Source: Octopus sinensis
Lineage: Eukaryota
Length of the DNA stretch: 64,000 bases
Direction of reading: 5' to 3'
Assembly: GCF_006345805.1 (NCBI RefSeq)
Contig: NC_042997.1
Coordinates: forward strand, 74,276,001-74,340,000
The notes below the pieces were generated by a model. That model was not told where the DNA came from and did no database searches. It saw only the letters and a program-made list of their open reading frames with translations. Position numbers and translations under genes: made by a program. This document shows, one piece after another, positions 25,135 to 36,300 of this stretch; positions within the stretch are counted from its first letter, which is position 1, and the number at the start of each line of letters is the position of its first letter.

Positions 25135-26715
25135 CATAGGAAAAAAACAATGTGTTTAAGCCAGAAAGAAAAATGGCATGCTCAGGCTCAAACTTCAATC
25201 ACATGACCACATTAGTACCAACTATAAGCATGCATGTGCTTATAGTTGCACATTATAGGTAGAGTGACAATAATAAAGATATTTTATGGTAAAAATGCAG
25301 ATAATTTTTGACTTCCTCTTGTAATAAAGATCAACATCTGTGTGTGTGTCTGTCTATCAATTTATAGAAAAGCTAGACCATCTACATATGTTAATTCTTC
25401 TGTAAAATCTTCTGAGGAAGACAGTGGAAGTAGTCCTGAGTCTCTAGGTGGCCCACTAAAGGAGCTATGGGTCCTTTTCCAAACTGTTGCACAAAGTGCA
25501 GTCCCCACTCAAAAAACAATCAGTCTAAGGGATATAACTAAATGAAAGTTCTGGGAAAACTAAAAATGGAAAATTATCCATGGTTTATTTTTCATGTTTT
25601 ATCTTTAGTTGTTTCCTTCATTATTCTGTGTGTAAAGAAGTATGCTACTCAATGAGATAGAGTGTTACTACATATTCCTTTAAATTTGTGTGTGCACTTT
25701 AGTAGCATTATTATATTGTTTTTATTTGTGTTATATTTATATCTTCGAGCTACCATGCTATTCATCTAAGAAAAGCTATTTGTATTTTCATTTGTTGTAA
25801 AACTTAAGTTCAGTAAATTATAGCACATATGTTTTTAATTTTCCTGTAACTTTTATTTAGTTACCTTGTACTACACATAAGCCAAAGTGAGTGTGATGTT
25901 TGCTTCATTTATAGACTGAAATACTAGAGATCATAGAGCAGAAGTTTATATGCGCCCATGATGATATTGGCCAGAAGGAAACTGCTGTATCATGTACATG
26001 AAAGTTGACAGTCATTTCTTATCTGTTGGCCAGAAGGATACAGCTCTATCAGGAGTAGGGGTATTGGAGGAGAAGATCTTGTGTCAGATGATGAAAAGTT
26101 AGAGTGTGACAGAGAGAGAGGGGCAGAAACAGGTGTCTTGCTATAAAGTAGTACATGGTTACCTAGCCAGAAAGAGAGAAAGAAGAGAAAGAGAGGGAGA
26201 GGAAAAGAGTGAGAGAGAGAGAGAGAGAGGAAGAGAGAGAGAAATAGTAAGAAAGAAACAGGTATGCTGATGTAAAGGAGATACTGGGTTACTTAGATAG
26301 CCAGAGGAAAAGCAAGAGAAGAAGAGTGAAAATGAAAGAATGAAAGCAGAAACAGGTGTGCTGCTGTAGAGGAGATACATAGCTACCCAGCCAGAGGGAA
26401 GGGCAAGTGAAAGACAAAGAGAGAGATTAGGAAACAGCAAAAGTGCAAGAGAGAGCAGGAGAGAGATGGTTGTGAAGTGTCAGGATATACTCACAAGTAA
26501 CAAGGATCAGAACATAGATTTGATGGTAGAGTAAGGAAGAGAGAAATAAATGGTGGCAATTGCTAGGGCATACCCTCAAGGTATGAAGGTCATAATATAC
26601 ATAGTCAGGTATTGCCAAGAAAGTGCAAGTAGGGAGTGGGGACTGCAGTGACTGGCGAAAACTTGGGTATAGAGCTGGGGTGGGGGAAAGTAATAAAATA
26701 ATGAGGATAAGGAGG

Positions 26716-27733
26716 TAGTCACAGTTCTAGGACAGCATTCTACACCATATGAGATGTCATCGGGTGTACCACAGGGATCTGTCCTTGGTCCCCTTTTGTT
26801 TGTGGCATACATTAATGACATAAATGCCAATTTAAAGAATGCCACAGTATTGAAATATGCAGACGACATCAAGATGTACCTTGAAATCAAGAGGACAGAT
26901 CCTGATGTCTACAACTCTTTCCTGCAACCAGACCTAGACACAATGCAGCAATGGATCACAGACTGGCAACTGAAACTGGCTGTGGACAAGTGTACCACCA
27001 TGCATTTTGGGAGAAAAAACCCTGCGTCCACATACTCCCTCCACAACACTGATATCAAGAAATCCTCTTGCGAGCGTGACCTAGGCATCACTGTCAGTAG
27101 TGATTTGCGTTGGACAAAGCATATCTCTAAAATTGTCAAGAAGAGCGAGGGTGTCTTGGCATCACTCAGCAAGACTTTTGTTAGCCGCTCTCCAGCCATC
27201 TATTTAAAACTGTATACAGCTATGGTACGACCACACTTCGAATTCGCATCATCAGTTTGGAACCCCTATCTTGCTCAGAAAATTGACCTCCTGGAATCTG
27301 TCCAGAGACGTGCAACCAAACGCATACCCTCCATCAGACACCTACCATATTCTGAGCACCTTGTTTCCCTGGGCATGTATTCACTGAAGCTCCGGTGTCT
27401 GGCGACGGACTTGGTAAACACCCACAAAGTTATCAACCACCTCACCAACAACAACACTGAACACCTTTTTGATCTCCATGTGTTTAACACACGTGGACAT
27501 GCCTACAAAGTCAGAAAACAACACAGCTCCCATGACTTTCGGAAACATTTTTTCATGCTCAGAGTTGCTGAAGCATAGAATAAACTGCCTGCGTCAGTTG
27601 TTGACTGCCATGACACTGCATCCTTTAAGGCCCTCATGCTTTCCGAAATCCGCCGAAACTACACCTGATTATATATACACTTTAGATGAGTTGTAGTGCA
27701 CCTGAGCACTGTACACAATTATTATTATTATTA
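26716..27733 (+). mobile_element. CR1-clade LINE 3' fragment
   Basis: SGVPQGSVLGPLLF, KYADD, ERDLG and LY.AMVRPH.E.ASSVW.PY in a 274-aa ORF; (ATT)n tail at ~27718-27733. Confidence 0.92.
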
Positions 27734-28588
27734 TATATATTCATTAATACTATATTTTGCTGACACATGAAATAAATTATGTCTCATGAGCTCAATCACA
27801 CATATTCCCATTCTTATTCTGTAAAGACAGTGATAAAACTAGAGCTTCAATCATGAGACTTGTTGATACATTGTGTAAAAAGCTACAAGGAAATTGTGTA
27901 TATCTAACATCAAAATATTAGTTATTTAGTGAATTAAATCCTGAATTTTCTGCATTAAATTAGCATTTTTATAAGGAATTAGAATCTTTTTTATATTTGA
28001 TAACATGTATAGTTTTAGTCTGGGTAGACACTGTTCACTTTGCTGTCCAGACAGCATGCCCTTGATATTTATGTAAAGGGTAAAGACCCCCTTCAGTCAT
28101 GAATGACCATGGAATTGCACCTAGAAAGTTATTCTCTAAGGCACAAGTTCAAGCAAGATTGTTTATGGAAGACCAGCAGTCACCCATGCATACCAGCTTC
28201 CCTTCTCCACACCACTGATGTTATCCAGAGGAAAGGCAAAGCCATTACAGCTTGGTACCAGTATATTTGTGTATTTGAGTAAGGATGTATGTTTTAATGA
28301 AAGTGTTTTGATAGTTTTAAAAAAATAATGATTCTTAGGCTTTATTAGTTTAAACTAATTGAATAGTATATCCCAAACAAAAAATATGCTGAGCAGGATG
28401 AAATCATGTGTTACTCTCAGTCATTTGACTGTGGCCATGCTGGAGCACCACCTTTAGTCGAGCAAATCTATCGGTCTCTTTTACTGAACTGCTAAGTTAC
28501 GGGGACGTAAACACACCAGTATCGGTTGTCAAGCGATGCTGGGGGGACAAATACAGACACACAAACATACACACACACACACACACAC

Positions 28589-28621
<33 letters not shown>

Positions 28622-28681
28622 TACGGAGATGTACCTGCATAGCAAGTGATTTGATCTGAGATCGTGTGCTGAAACAAAAAC

Positions 28682-28961
28682 AATTGCAGTGTGGAAGGTG
28701 TTTGTAAGCCATTTAAGAGACACACAAAAGCCGTTCGATTCACTTCAACATTTAAGTTTAATTTGTCAAAATATTTTCGTCGCTTTAAGACCGCGACCTG
28801 TTCACCGACAAAAATCCATGCTGCACGGATTTTTGTCAGTGAACAGGTCGCGGTCTTAAATCGATGAAAATATTTTGACAAATTAAACTTAAATGTTGAA
28901 GTGAATCGAACGGCTTTTGTGTGTCTCTTAAATGGCTTACAAACACCTTCCACACTGCAAT

Positions 28962-28962
<1 letters not shown>
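28682..28962. repeat. ~281-bp near-perfect palindrome
   Basis: aattgcagtgtggaagg ... ccttccacactgcaatt; arms ~136 bp with about 3-4 mismatches and a loop of 9 nt or less. Confidence 0.95.
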
Positions 28963-28995
<33 letters not shown>

Positions 28996-29494
28996 TATGG
29001 CGGGCTTCTTTCAGTTTCCGTCTACCAAATCCACTCACAAGGCTTTGGTTAGCCTGAGGCTATAGTAGAAGACACTTGCCCAAGGTGCCACGCAGTGGGA
29101 CTGAACCATGTGGTTGGTAAGCAAGCTACTTACCACACAGCCACTCCTGTGCCTATAGTTAAAAAATATAAAATATTGATATGTAAATACAATAAAATTC
29201 TAAATAGATACTGGAAAATTAAAGAACTGCACACACCTTTATTTGATATATTAATTAGCTCTAACATTTTTTTTGCATGATAAACATACTTTTTCTTCAT
29301 CTTTTCTTTTTTTACAAGAATGTTTCAGCAACTGTTTGTGGTACTTATTGTTCTAAACTGAATTCTAAAACTTAAATCAATTATTATACTTAAATATTAA
29401 ATCTTTTAAGTGAATAAACCCATTACTTTAAGTGAATGGTGATAATATTAACTTCATTTATATCACTAATATGAATTAATTTCATCTAAAATAT

Positions 29495-30493
29495 GTCTCA
29501 CCAAGGAAATGACTAGAGACTGAGACCTATGGAAGTATGCTGTGCGTGAGAAGACCCGGCAAGACTAGTGAGGCCATAACCCGTAGCCTCTACCTGGTAT
29601 GTAGCCAGTCGACTTATACATACCTTTCCTTCTTGGGACACAAAACTCCACTTGTGAAGACCCGTTGAGGCAAGTGAAAATCAAATCAAAAAATCAAAAA
29701 ATCAAAAAATCAAAATCAAAATCAAATCAGATATCAGAAAGCAGAACCAAAATCGAAGTCAATCAACATCAATGGAAATTGCGGCTGTGATACCAGTGCC
29801 GGTGACAAGTAAGCGAACCATCCGATTGTGGCCGTTGCCAGCGCCGCCCCGACCTGCCTCCGTGCCGGTGGCACGTAAAAGCACCATCCGTTCGTGTCCG
29901 TTGCCAGCCTCGCCTGGCCCCCGTGCTGGTGGCACGTAAAAATCACCATCCGTTCGTGGCCATTGCCAGCGCCGCCCCGACTGGCCTCCATGCCGGTGGC
30001 ACGTAAAAGCACCATCCGTTCGTGTCCGTTGCCAGCCTCATCTGGCCCCCGTGCTGGTGGCACATAAAAGCACCATCCTTTCGTGGCTGTTGCCAGCCTC
30101 GACTGGCCCCCGTGCCGGTGGCACGTAAAAATCACCATCCGTTCGTGGCCATTGCCAGCGCCGCCCCGACTGGCCTCCATGCCGGTGGCACGTAAAAGCA
30201 CCATCCGTTCGTGTCCATTGCCAGCCTCGCCTGGCCCCCCGTGCTGGTGGCACGTAAAAGCACCATCCGTTCGTGGCCGTTTGCCAGCACCATCTGGCGC
30301 CTGTGCGGGTGGCATATAAAAAGCACCCACTACACTCGCGGAGTGGTTGGCGTTAGGAAGGGCATCCAGCCGTAGAAACACTGCCAGATCAGACTGGGCC
30401 TGATGCAGCCTTCTGGCTTCATAGACTCTAGTTGAACCGTCCAACCCATGCTAGCATGGAAAACGGACGCTAAATGATGATGATGATGATGAT
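29495..30493 (+). mobile_element. RTE LINE 3' fragment (ORF end, 9-unit UTR array, GAT tail)
   Basis: Nearly identical to 13455-14245 apart from array length. Confidence 0.93.
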
Positions 30494-30828
30494 TCGATAC
30501 TTTATGAAAATATTTACAATTCAAACAATTTCATAAACTATCATTACAATGTTGTTGCTGTTTAACCCTAAATCAACCCTCATCTAGCAGAGCTATTATT
30601 GACCATGATTAACTTATCCTTTTTTAGAGATATCTAAGACTACATTAACCAGTTAGCTTTCTTTACTTTTGTATGAAAAGATCATTGGATAATTAGTTGT
30701 TAGGGTGTGATTTGAGGGATATTTAGCAGCTATTAGGCTGAGAAACCACATAATTGCTGCTTCATTAACTCATTGTGATAACAATATGCATTCAAAAGCT
30801 TAAAACAGTAATACTTCAGAGATTTTAC

Positions 30829-31083
30829 CTTCAGAGTGATTTTAAATTCATTCTGTTGGCGAGTAAGGTTGGATTTCAGTTGCTCCAAGTCAGGTCGTTC
30901 TTTACTTACTACAGCAGCTAGTAACTGTTCTTCAAGACCATCACGTGTGACAGAGAAGTTAATCAGCGTTGTTTCTGCTTGTATCTCTGGTTGATAATGA
31001 GGATTTGCCAATTTTGTGTGCAGGATCAACTGGAAAGACTGATTATATGGCACTTCTTTCTCTCCAATTTTGATTGCAGTACC
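30829..31083 (-). CDS. DNAH9/DNAH17: Dynein heavy chain exon: AAA5 ([11 protein letters not shown]...FKITLK)
   Basis: 85 codons, aatcag acceptor and gtaaaa donor. Contains [34 protein letters not shown]. Confidence 0.96.
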
Positions 31084-31159
31084 CTGATTGATAAAGTAAA
31101 TTATTAAAACTAGTATATGTATGCTATGAAAAGCAAAAGTTAAATTCCATTATATTCTT

Positions 31160-32402
31160 AAGGTTATGACATTTCCTTGGGCATTTCAGACTCAGCATGA
31201 GGAGAAAGTACGGAAGTAGATGGTCACAGATAGTAACTAAATGTACTGGCTAAAAATGGATTGAGAAATGGAAAATTTAGTGAAAGGTTGTAGAGGATGT
31301 GCTCTAGTGGCAAAATTACAGATGATAAAAAGTGAACCTTGGTCGAGACTACACTTCGATTTCGCTGGTCCTTTAAACGGTTCGTACTACTTAGTAGTAG
31401 TAGATAGTTTCTCTAAAAGGCCAGAAATTTCTAAGTGTAAAAAGCCAACCTCCTCAACTACAACAAACTTTCTACATGAGCTGTTTGTGAGATTTGGCAT
31501 CCCAGACATAATAGTGTCTGATAATGGAATGCAATTTGTGTCTTTTGAGTTTAAAAAGTTTTGTGAAATGTTTGCTGTGGAACATGTAACCATGATGCCA
31601 TACCATCCCAGCTCTAACGGACAAGCAGAACACTTTATCAATATTTTTAAGAGGGCCCTTAGAAAGTTGAATAAGGAATTCATGGATGAGGTAGCTCTAC
31701 AACAATCCTTAAGAGTATACCATGTGACATCAAATCCAAATACACCAGCAAAGCTGATGGTTGCAAGGAAAATAAAATAAGTCTTTGACAAATTGCTGCC
31801 TGGCAAGAAAAGAAAAATTGCAATGGAAAATACAGCAAGATATTTCAGAATTGGTGAAAAAGTATTTGTTAGGGCATATAAGAATGGAAAACAAAGTTGG
31901 GAAGATGATGTGATTACCAAATGCTGGGAAAAATGTTATACTTGGTGAAAGGAAGAAAAGGAGTATACAAGAGACATCAACCAACTAAAAAAAAAATTTG
32001 AAGAGAGCAAATCCAAGAGAGTAGAAGAACCAATGGAATGGTTATATGATACTTTTCAAGTATCAATGCCACTATAAAGCATAAGAAAAAGAAAATGTAT
32101 GGAGTTCCTGGAAGTGGGTGACAAATGAAAAAATATTAAATGTGTAACTGTATGAAAAAAAAACTCAAAAAGGGAGGAGGGTAAAAATTAAAATAAATAA
32201 AATTACACTCCCTTAGATGTTATGGGGATAATAGTAATAATGGTACACCCCTCCCACATGACGAATGGTATGTGCTGGTCATTATAAATACTGTAAGTCA
32301 GTGTCAGTATGAGGAGAGAGTACAGAAGTAGACAATCACAGATAGTCATGGTCTTACTTCTCTAACTAACAATACTGCTATACCAGAGTGGGCGTTATAA
32401 CA
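31160..32402 (+). mobile_element. Gypsy-type LTR retrotransposon 3' end: integrase remnant, PPT, 3' LTR
   Basis: C..C, PWSRLHFDFAGP, LVVVDSFSK.PE, FG.PD.IVSDNG.QF and PYHP.SNGQAE. PPT aaaagggaggaggg at ~32168-32181; LTR-like ~220 bp with tataaata, ending ttataaca. Confidence 0.85.
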
Positions 32403-32999
32403 GTCAAACGAAAGGATAGCAAAATTGTTTTTACTATCTCTCTGCAAAGAAACACTACAAATAAAATAAAGAAAACAAAATACAGAAAATGAAAGATGAC
32501 CTGGACATGTAGGGGAATAGTTTATTGTTGCTGGAAACTGAATCTGTCAGTACATGTATAATTATCCTGAAATTCCTTAGACACATTCGCAACACCTTAG
32601 AAAGCTACTACCATACTGTCATAAGAAGATTATCCTCTACCTATTCAGTCAAGAGAAATATAAAAAAATCTCCTCATGAACAGAACAACAGTAGCAGCAT
32701 TAGCCTCACTTGCAACCAATAAGATAAATTATTAGATACCTGAATCTCAAGATCTATGTACATTATGCATCAGAGTAAGAGACTTAATTATACTCTAATT
32801 AAGAAATCACTGAGCATCATCTGATTTATTCAATTGAAAGAGATTCTGTCATCAAAGTAATTTATGGCTACTGCTACTCGTAATTATAAATTTGCGGTGG
32901 TAAAGTATATTAAACAATCAAGCAACGCTTTTGAAAAGTGTTGAGAATCTTTTTAACTTGGGTCTTATATCTATTGTTTGAATTTCTTTGAAATAGGAA

Positions 33000-33890
33000 A
33001 TATATGTTCACTGGGTTTGTAAAAGAGAGCAAAGCTATAGGAAACCAAAAGATGAATGATCACAATAAGCAGTCAGTTACCCTACCCTAGTCCTTACCAC
33101 TCCCAATGTAAGATTCCTCACCATCCAGGTGACAGGCACAGCCATAAGTTGCACTATGAATCTATAGCAATTGGAAGGGCATGACCCAACTGAAATAAAC
33201 ATTAATAACTGTGTGACGTGAGGGCTAAGAAGAACTGAAAGTTGGAGTTTGCAAATGACCACTATACTGATATGTAACTGGACAGAATAAATTTACAATC
33301 TATAAATGTCTTTGAATAACCAGTCACTTATCAATGTTACCATCTGGGGACTATGTGTGACCCAGTGATAATAAAAAGACTGAAAGGAGGTCTGCAATCA
33401 AATAACTTTACTCAACACTTTGAAACTGAATCAGTGGAGGCAAAGATGCCTCTCATTTACTTGACAATTTATGCACCACATTGCAGAAATCACAATGTAA
33501 GTGTATGTCAAAGGAAACTGTTACACTGTTGTATCATTGAATTACAAATGATGCTCATCTTTTATGCTTGGGTAGCCCTACAGCTTCTAAGAGTACAACT
33601 GTATTAGTTTTTGCTTAGATAAAGTGACAAAATTGTGGGTGTTAAGTCCCCATGGAAGGGTCTTTCTAACTTGTAAGAAGATGAAATTTTATAAATATTA
33701 CTTCATTTGCGTCTAATATCTATGGTTAAAATTTCATCAACAGCAAAAATATATGAATTGTCATGGGGGTTATGGCCCTTATGCATAGAATATAATTTCC
33801 AAATTTCATAAAGATCCATTCAGTACTTTTTACCTAGTTTTGGATCATAAAAGAAATGGCTAAATTTTGGGAGTTAAGGCCACCATTAGG
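33000..33890 (-). mobile_element. Internal fragment of the non-autonomous Helitron family
   Basis: Very similar to the reverse complement of ~4540-5200 and collinear with 1-930. Confidence 0.6.
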
Positions 33891-34199
33891 GTGTTATATA
33901 TATATATATTATATATATATAAGGTTAATCCAAACGAGAAAACAGAAAAGACAACAACACAAAGAGGTGGAACAATTAAAGTATTATTATTAGGTGCTCA
34001 GGAAAAAGCGGAGCTCTTCGTCGGAAACATAAGAGAAAGAAAGATCCCGAGGTGGGAGGACGGAGGGAAAAAAAAACGCGACTGGTCTTCACGAGGTAAA
34101 CATACTGAAAGGCCGGAAGTCGTAGACGAGAAGGGACAAGTTTTCAAAGACAGGAGAGCGGAAAAAGAAGGTAGGTAAAAACACAATGAGTGGGACGAA

Positions 34200-35908
34200 G
34201 AGGGTGTGTATGTGAGTATGTACGTGTGTGTGTGTGTATGTGTGTGAAGGCGACGGCTAGTGGCGAGCAGTGGCCGTAACGGTGTGTGAGATAAAAAATG
34301 TGTGTTTATTAGTGCGTGCGTCTGTGTGTAAGTGTGTGTACGTAGGGCGAAAGCAGTCGCAGGTCAGTAGTAAAAGGAGAAATAAAGGGAATGTGTGCGT
34401 ATATACGTCCCATGTGTGTCCGTGTGCGTTTGTTGTATGTATGGCAAGTAAATTTGCTTAACAGAGGATATATGTAGGTGTGTGTGTGTGCTTATATGTG
34501 CGTGTATGTATACTTGTGTGCATGTTTAGGTGTGCATATGTATGTGTTTATATGTGTGTACGTATGTGTATGTGTGCGTGCGCGTGGAGGTATATGTTGG
34601 GTGTGTGTATGTGCCGGTGTGCATGTGAATTTGTGTGTGTTTGTACGTGTGTAAGTGTGTGTAAGTGTATTGTATATATATATATGCAAATGTGTGTGTG
34701 TGAGTGCATGGGAGTGAGTGTATGTATGTGTGTGCCTGTGTGTACAAAAGGTAGGGGTATTATATGTGTGTCTATATATATGCATGCAAGGAAACAAACT
34801 GCAACTGACGGAAAGATGGAAAAATGCTCCCGCGGTGGCAGGCGTAAGAGAAACCCAAGAACACGCTGGCCCCAGATACGAACCCGAGATCTAGTCAGAA
34901 CCCACGGGCGTGGTGCATGCATGTATGTATGCATGCGTGAGCACACACATGCATGTATGTGCGTGCGCATGCGAGTGTGTGTGTAAGTATGTGTGTGTGT
35001 GTGTGGATGTGTGAGTGTGGATGTGTGTCCGATTGAATGTATGTAAGTATGTGTGTGTATAGGTGTATGTCCGTATGTGTATGTATGTGTGTGAGTGTGT
35101 ATGTATGTATGTGTGTATGTGTGGAAGTGTGTGTATGTACATGTGTGTGCGCGTGCATGCGAGTGTGTGAGTAAGTGTGTGTGTGTGTATGCATGTGTGA
35201 GTGTGTATGTCTGTGTGTATATGTGTCCGTATGAGTGTATGTAAGTATGGGTGTGTGTATGTGTATCTGTGTATGTATGTGTGTGTGGAGGTGTGTGTGT
35301 GTATGTATGTATGTGTACGTGCGTGTGTGTGTGTGTATGCGTACATGCGTGTAGGTGTGTGCGTGTGTGTGTGTGTGTGCATGTGTGTAAGTATATATGT
35401 ATGTGCGTATGTGTGTGTATGTGCGTATATGTGTGTGTGTATGCATGTGTGTGTATGTAGGTGTGTAGGCATGTGTGTATAGGTGTATGTGTGTATGTAT
35501 ATATGGGTGTGTGTCTGTGTATGTTTGTGTGCGTGCGTGTATGTATGTATGTATGTATGGGTGAGGGTATGTAAGTGTGTGTGTGTACGTATGTAATGTA
35601 TGTATGTATGCGTGTGTGTGCATATGTATGCGTGCATGTGTGTATGTAGGTGCATATGTATGTGTGTGGGGGTGTAGGTGTGTGTATGTGTGTGTGTGCG
35701 TGTATATGTTGGTGCGTGTGTATGTGAGTGTATGGGTGTGTGTCGTGCATGTGTGTGCGGGTGCAGGCGAGTGTGTGTGTGAGTATGTGTGTGTGTGTAT
35801 GTATGTGTGAGTGAGTGTGTATGTGTGTGCGTATAGGAGTATGTAAGTATGTGTGTGTGTATGTGTATGTATGTGTGTGTGTGCATGTGTGTAAGTATAT
35901 GTGTGTGT
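34200..35908. repeat. Long degenerate (TG)/(TATG) simple-repeat tract with short unique interruptions
   Basis: Visible directly; gives spurious His/Thr- and Val/Cys-rich ORFs in several frames. Confidence 0.95.
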
Positions 35909-36275
35909 GCGTAAAAGCACCGTCCGTTCGTGGCCGGTTGACAGCTCTGTCTGGCCCCGTTTCGGTGGCACGTAAAAGCACCATCCGTTCGTGTCCGTTG
36001 CCAGCATCGCCTGGCCCCGTGCCGGTGACACGTAAAAGCACCATCCGTTCGTGGCCGTTCGCCAGCTCTGTCTGGCACCTGTGCAGGTGGCACGTAAAAA
36101 ACACCCACTACACTCGCGGAGTGGTTGGCGTTAGGAAGGGCATCCAGCCGTAGAAACACTGCCAGATCTGACTGGCCCTGACGAAGCCTTCCAGCTTCAC
36201 AGACCCCAGTTGACCCGTCCAACCCATGCTAGCATGGAAAGTGGACGCTAAACGATGATGATGATGATGATGATA
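35909..36275 (+). mobile_element. RTE 3' UTR-only insertion (truncated inside the array)
   Basis: Three array units plus the terminal unit, the gttggcgttaggaagggcatcc block and a GAT tail. Confidence 0.92.
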
Positions 36276-36300
36276 TAGATATATATATATATATATATGT

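Noticed and set aside
29793-30345. CRISPR-like look of the hairpin repeat array
   Set aside because: Linkers are short, recurrent variants rather than unique spacers. There are no cas genes, the context is eukaryotic, and the array is part of a LINE 3' UTR.
29734-30444. Repeated MDGSTGVCEARRLHQAQSD... ORFs (also 13709-14191 and 36345-36938)
   Set aside because: Antisense reading of the GC-rich RTE 3' UTR; length simply follows array copy number.
33353-33607. MCDPVIIKRLKGG... ORF recurring at 4786-5064 and partly near 375
   Set aside because: Same repeat family in each case; the older copy does not keep the frame and there is no recognisable domain.
34548-36222. Long His/Thr/Tyr-rich ORFs (518, 443 and 378 aa)
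   Set aside because: These are translations of a stop-poor (CA)/(TACA) tract open in several frames; there is no domain or splice evidence.
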